From positions 206,001-268,000 of the forward strand of contig NZ_JMCB01000002.1 in assembly GCF_000737315.1 (NCBI RefSeq): 62,000 nt of DNA. The letters are read 5' to 3'. Position numbers and translations under genes: made by a program. The notes under the pieces are model-generated. The model had not been told where the DNA came from, searched no databases, and saw only the letters and a list, made by a program, of their open reading frames with translations. Every line of letters starts with the position of its first letter. Within the stretch, counting starts at the first letter, position 1. Shown here one piece after another: positions 1-9,056 of this stretch. The DNA is from Hyalangium minutum (GTDB taxonomy: Bacteria; Myxococcota; Myxococcia; Myxococcales; Myxococcaceae).

Positions 1-19
1 GTAGACAGCCTGCGCCACT

Positions 20-706
20 TCAGGTTGGCTGAGACAGTACACGTACGCGGCGACATTCACCGCAGACGAAAAAATAGAAAGCCACCTCTCCAGCGAAAAG
101 CGGCTGATCGTCACCGAGGAGGCCAGACTTCCCTTCCATTCCCTCGTAGCCGAGACTAGCTGCGTAAGAAAGGTTTCTACCGCATGTGCAAATCGGCGAT
201 ACAGGGGTTCCTACCCAGAGCGGAGATCCTGCAATCCTGAGAAATCCTTCGCCGCCTAAGAACTCATCACATGCGGACCAATAGCGATCCTCAGTCTCAG
301 GGATCTCTTGCTCTTTCATCGGCCTGAGTTCGATCGGTCGTTCAGGCAAGGGGTCTGGAAGACGGTCTTCAATAGGGAGCAACTCGTCAACTGAACAATC
401 CCCCTGAGCCCAATGGATCCGCCTTGATCGACTGTCGAACACATATTCTTGTACTGGCAGGTGTGAAGCGCAGTTCAAGAAAGTTATCAACGGCAGATGC
501 GCAGTGTCTCTTGGAATGAAAGGGAAAAGGTAGGGCGCTCTCTTTAGATCGAGGGTGAGGAGTATAGAAGGCCGCGCCGGCCCAGAGAACGCCCCCTCAA
601 TTGCCCAGGATTGTCCGCCAAAACAATGCGCAGAATCTTTTGAGCCAAGGACACCGATCCAACCGGGAATGGCTAGGGGCGGCCCCCATTTGAGAGAAAA
701 GTTCAT
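20..706 (-). CDS. Putative Rhs immunity protein, DUF1963/YwqG-like with Cys pairs
   Basis: Lies 19 bp downstream of the Rhs stop. Start reassigned to ATG at 706 (MNFSLKW), since the listed 880 start overlaps the Rhs tip. C-terminal GSPLWV..PICTCG..FAGEVAFYFFVCGEC..SQPT resembles DUF1963-type immunity proteins. Confidence 0.6.
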   Translation of the reverse strand: MNFSLKWGPPLAIPGWIGVLGSKDSAHCFGGQSWAIEGAFSGPARPSILLTLDLKRAPYLFPFIPRDTAHLPLITFLNCASHLPVQEYVFDSRSRRIHWAQGDCSVDELLPIEDRLPDPLPERPIELRPMKEQEIPETEDRYWSACDEFLGGEGFLRIAGSPLWVGTPVSPICTCGRNLSYAASLGYEGMEGKSGLLGDDQPLFAGEVAFYFFVCGECRRVRVLSQPT

Positions 707-725
707 ATCATTATCCCCGTGCACT

Positions 726-3700
726 CTAGCAGTCCTTCTTCCGCCGGATGTGATACTCGGGGAGCGTCTTGGCGTAGTCAAGCATCTCGCGTAGGCCCTT
801 ATTGTATTTTCCGCCGAAGAGCTTTCTGACATCACGAATGTCTTTATACAAGCGCTCCCTGAAGAGCAGGTCTTTGTCAATCCTCATGGTGGCTTTCCCT
901 TTGCCCGCGAACGTCCGGGTGAGCGCGTGATCTGCGTCGGTCATTCCCAGAGCGGGACCTTTGCCCCGGGAAAGCTTGATCTGTTCGAGGAATCTGTTCT
1001 GCGGCATGTGGTGTCCCACCTCGCCTGACTTCTTCAGGGCGTCAAGGACCCTAAAAGCCCCGCCTCTGTTGATGATGCCCATCAACCCCAGCGGGTCCAT
1101 CCAACAGAGCGGATCCGAAACGTACGCGTAAAGGTCTAACCCACCTTCAATCCTGATCGGATCCTGGCTGATGTATCGGCCGATGGAAGGGTCGTAGTAG
1201 CGGTGATAGTTATAATAGAGGCCAGTCTCACCATCCTCATACTGGCCTGGCCACCTCCAGGGACAAGTCGTTCGATAGGTCTCTGTACTGGCAACCCCGA
1301 GGATGTCTAGATGAGACCGCCAAGCTAGGCTCCCAGATTCATCATAGAGTTCCGTTGGCGAGCCAAGTTGATCCGTTACGGCCCAATATCGGCCCGAGGA
1401 GTCTTCTTTGCCGAGGAGCGCAAAGCTTTCCGGCTCAAAGAGCCAGGTTGTGATTCCAGAGTTGCTCGATATCTCATGCAGGACGGCATCCTGATCCCAT
1501 ACCCAGTGGGTCGATGATGATGACTTCTCGGGCCCGCTGACTGTCTTTACGAAGCAACGCTTGCTGATGCGCCTTCCGAATGGATCGTAGGTGAAGTGGA
1601 CACGTAGCCCATCGGAGCGTTTTGCTTCTCTCAAGGTGCCAGCGTCATCCCAGCTGTATTGCCAGGCCATGCCGCCGGGGACAGACTTCCTGATGAGATT
1701 GCCATCGGCATCATAAGTACACTGAACTCCGTGGCCACTTGAAAACTGTCCGCCGGGAAGATTGAAACAGGCTCCCTCCGGGGGATTGCGAGCAGTCCCA
1801 GTAGTACTGTGGCGGGTCTGTCCGTCTGGGTAATGAGCACTCGCAAGGCGGCCATGCAGGTCGTACTCGAAGCGTGTCGTGCCACGGGCCAAGTCGTCAA
1901 TATGGTTGAGGGTGGAGTCGCTCCGCCAAGCGAAAGACCGTTGTTCGAGTAGACCCTGGCTTCCATGGGTTCGTTGCTCAAGGGGCTCGCCGAGCGCTCC
2001 CCGAGCCCATCTGACCATGACGTTGCAAGGGAGATTTCTCCCTAGCTCAAGACCTGCTGGATCCCGGCTGAAAGCCACCTCCCAAGAGCGTTCTCGGCTA
2101 CCGTAGTGGAAGGACGCGACATCTCCTAACACGCTGCGCTTGATGAGTTGCTTGGCTCCATGTGAACTGCTCAGTTCAACGCGTTCGCCCATGGTGTCAT
2201 AGCGCGCTTTAATCCACGACTCCCCGCTCCTCTCTTCGATCAGGCGTCCGAGAGCATCGTGTTGAAAGGAGATGTTGACGTGCTCGTTCTGTGCGGCGCT
2301 GATAACACCGTCGGGCCTGTATTTGAATCTACGGAAAGAGTTGTCGGAGTATCTTACATGGGTGGGGCGCCCCATAGGGTCATACTCATACGTACTTGAG
2401 CGCCCGCTGGGGAGTTGCTCGCGTGCGAGGCGGCCCGCGAGGTCGTATGAATAGGTGCGAATGGCCCCATCAAAACCGATCTCGCGGGAAACCAAGCCTC
2501 GAGGGTCGAGTTCGAACACGAGCCGTTCTCCGTGTTCGTTCACCACCGCGACCAAGTTGTCTTCGGTGTCGTACTCGTAGCGGATGCGCCTCCCCGATTG
2601 CTCAACGGAGGCAAGCTTGTGGAAACCGACATACCCCAGATGTACGGTCTCATGAGGATCGGCAATCTCCAGAAGGTAGCCCTCCGGGTTGTATTTCAGA
2701 TCATAGATGGTGCCATTGGTCTCTGCGATGCGGGTTTGCCGCCCAAGAGCATCGTACCCAATAAGTTGCTCGGCTCCTGATGGATCGCGCGCATTGATAA
2801 TACGTCCAAGACGATCATACTTGTAGACCGTCTTGGTGCCATCGGGTGCGGTAATACAGGTGAGATTTTTGTAACTGTCGTACTCGAAAGCTGCGCATTG
2901 TCCCTCCGGACCAGTGACGAGCGCGAGCAACCCCCCGGAGTAGTGATACTCGTAGAGTGCCCCTTGTGGATTCGTCCTTGCTATGAGGTTTCCACGGAGA
3001 TCATGCCTCCAGTTCCATACGCCACCCGTCGTATCAATAGCTCCAGTTAATAGGTTTCTTGAGTCGTATGAAAGAGTGAATGATGAGTCATCAGGTAAGT
3101 GGATTTTGACGCGGTTGCCGCGGGAGTCGTACTCAAAGTGAGTCTCATGACCATGAGGATTGACCGCGAGAGTTTGGCGCAAGAATTGGTCGTACTCGTG
3201 TTTCCATTCCCCGCCTAGGGGATCAATCTCTCTGACAACGAGTCCTTGCCTACAATGATAGGTGGTTGTGTGGCCAAGGGAGTTCGTGACGAGCGTGATC
3301 TCATGTGTCTTGTCATACGCAAGGCTGTGGTCGTATATCCCCCCATCGCCCCAGGTTCGGATGCACCAGGCCTCTGCGGTTTTTCCATCGTACTCAAAGT
3401 GAAAGCTCAAGCCTGAACGATCTGTTTCTCGGGTCAGTAAGTGGTTGCTGTATGTGTAGCGAAAGTGATTGCCGAGCGCGTCAGAGGCCTCGAGCAAGTC
3501 ACCTGCGTCGGAATAGTGGTAATGGTTGTGAAGGACCAACCCCGGTTGGGTAGGATGCGGCAGCCATACTTTTGTAAGCCGGTGGTTATTATCGTGCTCA
3601 AAACGCACGCGCCGATCTACAGAGTCTGTGAGCCACTCTAAGCACCCATGCTCGTCGTACTTGTAAGTGATGAAGTCGCCCTGGCGATTTTGTGATCTCA

Positions 3701-4757
3701 CCACGTGATATCGCCCTTGAGGTACCAACTGACGGAAGTCGTGTACCAACCCGTCATGCGTCTCAATGGACCAACGCGACTCACTCAGGCGTCTCAAGGT
3801 TAAGCGATTGATAGGGTCATGGATTTCAGTGCCTACAGGCATTCTCCCTCGTGGAGCGCCTGTGGCAGGGAACTCGATCTCGCGCCCATCTTCGGAGCGG
3901 TAGACGACCTGTGCATCTTCTTCCCAGACGGCCATGTCAAGAGAGTGGCTCCATCCGTATCCCAGCGTGGAATCTCTCCAGGAGAGACTTGAAGAGTAAT
4001 TGCGTTCGAATTTGAGAGGGAGCGGCCCTGGAATCTCCCAGTCCAAAGCCTCGGTGACCGTTCTACCCGTGGCGACATCCACGGGATGTCCCGTGAAGTT
4101 GCAAATGCGCTTATGGATCCAGTCGCGCGCGCGTTTGCTCAACTTAAGCTTGTCCATCAGCTTGTCGGCCGCCTTGTGGATACGATCTGACAGCTTTTTC
4201 ATCTTGCGGCTGGCTTTTTGTAGTTTGCGCAGCTTTTTGAGCCCTTTGAGAAGTGCTCCCAACGCGAACTGCGTCAGCATTCCCATCAGAGAGATGGTTG
4301 GCGGTCCCCCCACGCGGACAGGCGGTCCGGCGGGGATGGAGAGGACGATGGAAGAGGGCAGCAGGAGTGTTTTCGCAGCCGGGCCACGCTTTCTCGGGGG
4401 AGAGGGCATGCCAATGTCCTGGCAGCTGAGGACCGGCAGCGTCATATTGGTGAAGGCATCCCCATCTACCGCCACCGTGGCGCTGCCCATGAAAGTCTCA
4501 TTCTCATTGGCGGGCGGCTTAGCGAAGACGCCTCCGATGGGGAAGTGTGGTGGGAGTTCGACGCCTCCCGTGCCAGCCTGGGCCCGCGGCAGGAAGTTCA
4601 CGTTCACCGTGGAACCGATGACGGGGATGTAATCGAATGGATCGAACACCATCCCGATGTGTGGATGGGGAATCGGTATCACTGGCCCAGGAGGGGTAAT
4701 GATGAGGTGAATATCCACTCCCAGGATGGGATCCATGTGCTTTGTCGCTGGCATCAT
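726..4757 (-). CDS. rhs: PAAR-like/Rhs (YD-repeat) T6SS effector with C-terminal HNH/EndoVII-like nuclease toxin
   Basis: N-terminal Pro-rich PAAR-like region, HPVDVATG (DUF6531-type) motif, many YD repeats, core end PGQYEDGETGLYYNYHRYYDP...DPLGL, and a ~118-aa tip with GHHMPQ...DH..TRTF. Start MMPATKH at 4757 overlaps the upstream stop (ATGA). Confidence 0.95.
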   Translation of the reverse strand: MMPATKHMDPILGVDIHLIITPPGPVIPIPHPHIGMVFDPFDYIPVIGSTVNVNFLPRAQAGTGGVELPPHFPIGGVFAKPPANENETFMGSATVAVDGDAFTNMTLPVLSCQDIGMPSPPRKRGPAAKTLLLPSSIVLSIPAGPPVRVGGPPTISLMGMLTQFALGALLKGLKKLRKLQKASRKMKKLSDRIHKAADKLMDKLKLSKRARDWIHKRICNFTGHPVDVATGRTVTEALDWEIPGPLPLKFERNYSSSLSWRDSTLGYGWSHSLDMAVWEEDAQVVYRSEDGREIEFPATGAPRGRMPVGTEIHDPINRLTLRRLSESRWSIETHDGLVHDFRQLVPQGRYHVVRSQNRQGDFITYKYDEHGCLEWLTDSVDRRVRFEHDNNHRLTKVWLPHPTQPGLVLHNHYHYSDAGDLLEASDALGNHFRYTYSNHLLTRETDRSGLSFHFEYDGKTAEAWCIRTWGDGGIYDHSLAYDKTHEITLVTNSLGHTTTYHCRQGLVVREIDPLGGEWKHEYDQFLRQTLAVNPHGHETHFEYDSRGNRVKIHLPDDSSFTLSYDSRNLLTGAIDTTGGVWNWRHDLRGNLIARTNPQGALYEYHYSGGLLALVTGPEGQCAAFEYDSYKNLTCITAPDGTKTVYKYDRLGRIINARDPSGAEQLIGYDALGRQTRIAETNGTIYDLKYNPEGYLLEIADPHETVHLGYVGFHKLASVEQSGRRIRYEYDTEDNLVAVVNEHGERLVFELDPRGLVSREIGFDGAIRTYSYDLAGRLAREQLPSGRSSTYEYDPMGRPTHVRYSDNSFRRFKYRPDGVISAAQNEHVNISFQHDALGRLIEERSGESWIKARYDTMGERVELSSSHGAKQLIKRSVLGDVASFHYGSRERSWEVAFSRDPAGLELGRNLPCNVMVRWARGALGEPLEQRTHGSQGLLEQRSFAWRSDSTLNHIDDLARGTTRFEYDLHGRLASAHYPDGQTRHSTTGTARNPPEGACFNLPGGQFSSGHGVQCTYDADGNLIRKSVPGGMAWQYSWDDAGTLREAKRSDGLRVHFTYDPFGRRISKRCFVKTVSGPEKSSSSTHWVWDQDAVLHEISSNSGITTWLFEPESFALLGKEDSSGRYWAVTDQLGSPTELYDESGSLAWRSHLDILGVASTETYRTTCPWRWPGQYEDGETGLYYNYHRYYDPSIGRYISQDPIRIEGGLDLYAYVSDPLCWMDPLGLMGIINRGGAFRVLDALKKSGEVGHHMPQNRFLEQIKLSRGKGPALGMTDADHALTRTFAGKGKATMRIDKDLLFRERLYKDIRDVRKLFGGKYNKGLREMLDYAKTLPEYHIRRKKDC

Positions 4758-6052
4758 GAGGCCTGACCTCCCTTGGTGTTCTTTGGCCGCCAATCCTCGC
4801 CAAGTACGGAGGCGATGGAGGATTCCAGTTCGTGCTCGCCAGGGCGGCCGCGACCGAGTCTCAGCAGCGCCTCACCTACGTAGGGGAGTGTCGAGCTGGC
4901 GCGCGCTTCATCATTCATGGAGCTACCAACCTCCCAAGCACGCTGGCTGAGAGCCCAAGCTTGGTCCGGCTCTCGGGCCATTTCCCGGCACCAGCTCGCC
5001 ATTCGCCAGCACTCGAGTTCCATGGGCGGATCCTTGAGCTCATGAGCCAGAGAGGCCGTGCCCTGGTAGAGCGTGGCGGCTTGTGTGTACTGCTCGGTTG
5101 CCACCAGCGCGGCTCCTTGTGCCATGCGCGACTTGAGCCGCAGCGTTGCTCCTTGAGGATTTCCCTGTTCCTCAGCAGCGGCCGCTGCCGTCTCGGCTTG
5201 TTGATAACGGCTCAGCGCTTCCTGGGGCTTTTGGGTTGCGAGGAGTGCACTGCCCATGACGAAGTGAGCTGTCACCACCAGCGGGTGCCAGCCTTGTGAG
5301 TGCGCCAGCTCCACGGCCTGGGCGCCCAGCCGCTCTGTCTTCGCGGTATCTCCCTTCGACGCGGCATGGCTCATGCGGACGAAGAGATCCCTGAACTGCC
5401 CTCCAGGCGTATTCAGCTGACCTGCCTCCTTCGAGAGTTCCTCCAGGGCTCTTCCCATCTCCAGCCGTGCCACCTGGGTGACGACCCTCTCCGGAAGGGC
5501 TTGGGCCAGGGGCTCCAGCGCGAGAGTCCGGGCGTCATCGAGCACCACGATGCGAACGTGAGTGGCCTGGGCGTTTTCGACGGTCTGGCGCAGCCACTTC
5601 AGCCAAGCACCGTCATCCGCGACGTACTTCGGTATTAGTACGGCGACGAGGTGTTCGCACAAGCTTGCGTAGTGCTCTCGCAACGATGCGCATACCATGA
5701 GAAAAGTGTCCGCGTCCGACTGCCCTCCTGAGAGCGTTGGACACTGCCAATTCGCAGGCAAGCCTGCCTCCGCTAGCCCAACTCGGCTCTCTTGCTCCAT
5801 GGAGAGCAGGGCCTCGCGCAGTTCATCCCCGTACTTGGCTGGGTTCAGGAAGGGAATATCGAAGCGCAGGAAGAGGTCTGGGATCTCGCCCGTGCGCTCG
5901 TCACTCTCCGCCGCCAGAAAGGCTTCCACCATCCGCACTTCGCTCGATTCCACCACCCAACGCAGCAGGCGTGCATCAGGTATCTGGGCGAACTCTGTCC
6001 ATTGGTCATGAAGCAGTTCCAGTCGTTTCATGACTGCGTTCTTCTTGCTCAT
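4754..6052 (-). CDS. Hypothetical protein with C-terminal TPR-like helical repeats, candidate Rhs adaptor/chaperone
   Basis: Between vgrG and rhs and translationally coupled to rhs. ATG at 6052 (MSKKNAV) has GGAG upstream. Ala-rich helical repeats in the C-terminal half. Confidence 0.7.
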   Translation of the reverse strand: MSKKNAVMKRLELLHDQWTEFAQIPDARLLRWVVESSEVRMVEAFLAAESDERTGEIPDLFLRFDIPFLNPAKYGDELREALLSMEQESRVGLAEAGLPANWQCPTLSGGQSDADTFLMVCASLREHYASLCEHLVAVLIPKYVADDGAWLKWLRQTVENAQATHVRIVVLDDARTLALEPLAQALPERVVTQVARLEMGRALEELSKEAGQLNTPGGQFRDLFVRMSHAASKGDTAKTERLGAQAVELAHSQGWHPLVVTAHFVMGSALLATQKPQEALSRYQQAETAAAAAEEQGNPQGATLRLKSRMAQGAALVATEQYTQAATLYQGTASLAHELKDPPMELECWRMASWCREMAREPDQAWALSQRAWEVGSSMNDEARASSTLPYVGEALLRLGRGRPGEHELESSIASVLGEDWRPKNTKGGQAS

Positions 6053-6080
6053 GGGGGGCTCCGAGGGCTTTCCCACGCGG

Positions 6081-8231
6081 TTATTGACCGCTGTCTGCGG
6101 GGGTAGGTGCCGTGGGCATGGCCTCGGCCGGCTCAGATGGCGCGGTGGGCTTGGCGCCACTCCCGTCCAGCGCCGCCCCCCCGCTGTTGAGGTTCACCAT
6201 CATTCCGGTCACGGATACACCGGTTGCATCAATCGTGATGAAATTGCCCCCTACCTTCAGCGTGAGCCCTGTGTCCGCCTCGAGGACGATCTTGTCCGAC
6301 TTCAGGTGGATCTCGCTATCTGCCTGCAGGGCATGAATCCCGGTAGCCTTCACTTGAAGGTCCGCTCCCAACGTGATGGACCAAGTTCCGTCTATTTTTT
6401 CGTTGCGGTTGCCCACTACCGTCAGATGGCTGTCTGCGCCCACTTTTTCCGTGCGGCTGGCTTTGACAACGACGTCTGCATTGCCAGGCCCATCAATGCC
6501 GCCCACCAGAAGCTTCCAGTCTCCTCCGATATGGTCCTGGCTATTGCGGTGGACCTTCAGGTTTTTGTCCCGGTAGACCATCTCGTTCTGGTCGCCGACC
6601 TTGCCGTTCTTGCTCTCGGAACCGATGGTCTGATGCCGGTCATGGAGGATGTTCTCAAGCGAGTCGTTTTTGACGTGCACGTCCATGTTGCGCTCGGCGT
6701 GCACGAAGAGCTGCTCGGACTTCTTGCGGTCCTCGAAGCGGATTTCGTTGTAGCCATCTCCGCCCTTGGAACTGTTCGATTTGAGCGTGCTCTTGGTCTT
6801 CTGGTCGGGGAGCTTGTATGGCGGAGGATTGTCACCGTTGTACACGCGCCCGGTGATGATCGGTCGGTCCGGATCTCCCTCGATGAAGTCGACAATGACC
6901 TCGTGACCGATTCGCGGAATGTAGATGGCCCCCCAATGCTGACCCGCCCAGGCGTGGCTCACGCGGATCCAGCACGAGCTGTTCTCGTCCTTCTTCCCCT
7001 CGCGATCCCAGTGGAACTGGACTTTGACGCGGCCGTGCTCATCCGTGTGAATCTCCTCGTTCTTTGGACCGACCACGACGGCGGTCTGCACCCCCCGGAC
7101 GATGGGTTTCGGTGTCACTCGAAGAGGCCGGTAGGGTGTCTTCGCCACGATGCAGGAGAAGTGGTTGGAGTAGCTGAAGTCGCCTCCGCCGGATTCCTCG
7201 TCCAACACCTGGGGCTGATAGCCTTGATGCCCCACGCTGGTGATGAGATATCGGGTGTTGAAGTCGCCGCGCGTGTGATCCGCCAGGGTGAACATGAAGC
7301 CTGGCGTGAGGCGCTCGCAGTCGCTCTCGCCGAACCCTGTCTTGCGGACCGTCTGCCACTCCTCGAGCCGGATTTGGGCAATCGTCTCGCCCTTGGCGGT
7401 AGATCCCCGCCCTGGCAACTGGTACTCGCCAGGGTAGTCGTACACCATGAGATCTGGGTCCTTCTCGGCCTGGAACTTGCCCTCGGTGGACAGCGTGGGC
7501 TTCTTGAAATTGAAGTCCCGGAGCATCACCTGGCCAGGCTGGATCTCCTCGCTGAAGCGGAACCGTTGGACGTGGTCCTCCGTGATGACAGTTCCCGAGA
7601 CGCGCCGGAACGGCACGGTCTCCCCCCGCTTGCCGGCAGGGATGGGCTTGCACGCAGCCGCGCTGTCGCCCATGACCAGGACGTGTTTCGCCGCCGAGTG
7701 CTCAAAGAAGTAGAAGATGCCGTCCTCTTCCAGTAACCGGCTGATGAATGCCCAGTCCGACTCCCGATATTGCACACAGTAGTTGCGGGGCTCGTAGGAA
7801 CCGGTCAGTGCAAATTTGAAGCAATCGCTCGGGATGCCCGCCTTCTTGAGTACTTTTGTGATGATCTGCTCGGTGGTCTCGTCCTGGAAGATGCGGTTGT
7901 CATGGCGGTGCTTGAGTTTCCACACCTGAGGAACCACGGTGACCTGGTAGATCGCGTTCCGCGGCAGGTTGTTGACCTGCTCGAAGCGGCTCACGATTCC
8001 ATGGATGAACCGCGGTTGCCCCTCACTCATCAGGCTGAGCAAGGCAGGCTTGCCCATCACGCTCGCAAAGTCGATCGCGGGGTCCTCGCAAGCAACCTCG
8101 AGCTGGAGCTCGAACTGGCTGGAGATGGACTCATGACCAGAGAACCGGATCACGAGCAGCTTCTCAGGGCACCCGGAGATGGCGAATTGAAACAACAAGA
8201 GATTGCCGGTGGTGGTAGATCTTGCGTCCAT
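6081..8231 (-). CDS. vgrG: Type VI secretion spike protein VgrG
   Basis: Conserved VgrG motifs YCVQYRESDWAFISRLLEEDGIFYFF, GRVKVQFHWDR, IPRIGHEVIVDFIEGDPDRPIITGRVYN, NEIRFED; gp5-like beta-helix tail; no evolved C-terminal domain. Confidence 0.98.
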   Translation of the reverse strand: MDARSTTTGNLLLFQFAISGCPEKLLVIRFSGHESISSQFELQLEVACEDPAIDFASVMGKPALLSLMSEGQPRFIHGIVSRFEQVNNLPRNAIYQVTVVPQVWKLKHRHDNRIFQDETTEQIITKVLKKAGIPSDCFKFALTGSYEPRNYCVQYRESDWAFISRLLEEDGIFYFFEHSAAKHVLVMGDSAAACKPIPAGKRGETVPFRRVSGTVITEDHVQRFRFSEEIQPGQVMLRDFNFKKPTLSTEGKFQAEKDPDLMVYDYPGEYQLPGRGSTAKGETIAQIRLEEWQTVRKTGFGESDCERLTPGFMFTLADHTRGDFNTRYLITSVGHQGYQPQVLDEESGGGDFSYSNHFSCIVAKTPYRPLRVTPKPIVRGVQTAVVVGPKNEEIHTDEHGRVKVQFHWDREGKKDENSSCWIRVSHAWAGQHWGAIYIPRIGHEVIVDFIEGDPDRPIITGRVYNGDNPPPYKLPDQKTKSTLKSNSSKGGDGYNEIRFEDRKKSEQLFVHAERNMDVHVKNDSLENILHDRHQTIGSESKNGKVGDQNEMVYRDKNLKVHRNSQDHIGGDWKLLVGGIDGPGNADVVVKASRTEKVGADSHLTVVGNRNEKIDGTWSITLGADLQVKATGIHALQADSEIHLKSDKIVLEADTGLTLKVGGNFITIDATGVSVTGMMVNLNSGGAALDGSGAKPTAPSEPAEAMPTAPTPADSGQ

Positions 8232-8311
8232 AGGAAGGGTCCTCTGCAAAGGCGAAGCGTGGGTGCAGCGGATAGAGTCAGTGAACGGGACGGGCGTGGG
8301 CTTGGAAGCGC

Positions 8312-9031
8312 TCAGCCACCAAGGACAGGAGAGAGGCGGACGTAGCGGCGGCCTTGGACTTGCTCGAGCATGAATGCAGCGACGTCGGCCCGGGAGATGC
8401 CTTCGGGAACTTCGGCCCAGCCGACGGAGACTTCGTAGTTTCCGCGGGCAGGCTCATCCGTCAGCCACGTGGGCCGGACGAGCACCCACTCCAGGGGCAA
8501 CCCGCGGATGGAGTCCAACTGCTGCTCCCAGGCATTGACGCCGGGCGTTCCAAGGAACGGGGCGAGCAATCTGCCCAACAGCCCTCGGCGAACCCAGCCT
8601 TCCTTTTTCGGCGGAGGAGCCAGGCAGATGAGCCGATAGACCCGGTACTTCTGCATCGCAGCCACGATGTTTTCCGTGGCTTTGAGCAGCGCTTCAGCCC
8701 CCTTGCGCCCTGGGAACCCGAGCGCGGAGAGCACGGCTCTTTGCCCTAGCATGGCCGCATCCACCGCGTCTGGATTCAGCACATCGCCTTCGATGACATG
8801 GAGTTTGGGATGCCTCGCCGGCAGTGCTCTTCGGTCCCGTACGAAGGCTGTGACGGTATGCCCCGCGGACAAGGCCTGATTGACCACGTGGCGCCCCGTT
8901 CGCCCCGAGGCTCCAAAGACGAGCAATGGGACTGGCAACTCCTCGGCTTTCTGTTCACGGGTCGGTCCGTAGGCAACCGTGTTCCCGAGTCCAATGACGG
9001 AGACGGTAAACATGTCGTCTGGCTTGTCCAT
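8312..9031 (-). CDS. NAD(P)-binding Rossmann protein (atypical SDR / flavin reductase BLVRB-like)
   Basis: VFGASGRTG glycine motif, VIEGDVLN, WVLVRPTWLTD, ISRADVAAFML. ATG at 9031 has AAGGAG 8 nt upstream. Confidence 0.85.
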   Translation of the reverse strand: MDKPDDMFTVSVIGLGNTVAYGPTREQKAEELPVPLLVFGASGRTGRHVVNQALSAGHTVTAFVRDRRALPARHPKLHVIEGDVLNPDAVDAAMLGQRAVLSALGFPGRKGAEALLKATENIVAAMQKYRVYRLICLAPPPKKEGWVRRGLLGRLLAPFLGTPGVNAWEQQLDSIRGLPLEWVLVRPTWLTDEPARGNYEVSVGWAEVPEGISRADVAAFMLEQVQGRRYVRLSPVLGG

Positions 9032-9056
9032 GGTGAACACTCCTTGTTCATGGGGA

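Noticed and set aside
6081-6500. Evolved VgrG with a C-terminal effector domain
   Set aside because: The tail is only beta-helix repeats plus a short Pro/Ala-rich end; there is no room for a toxin domain.
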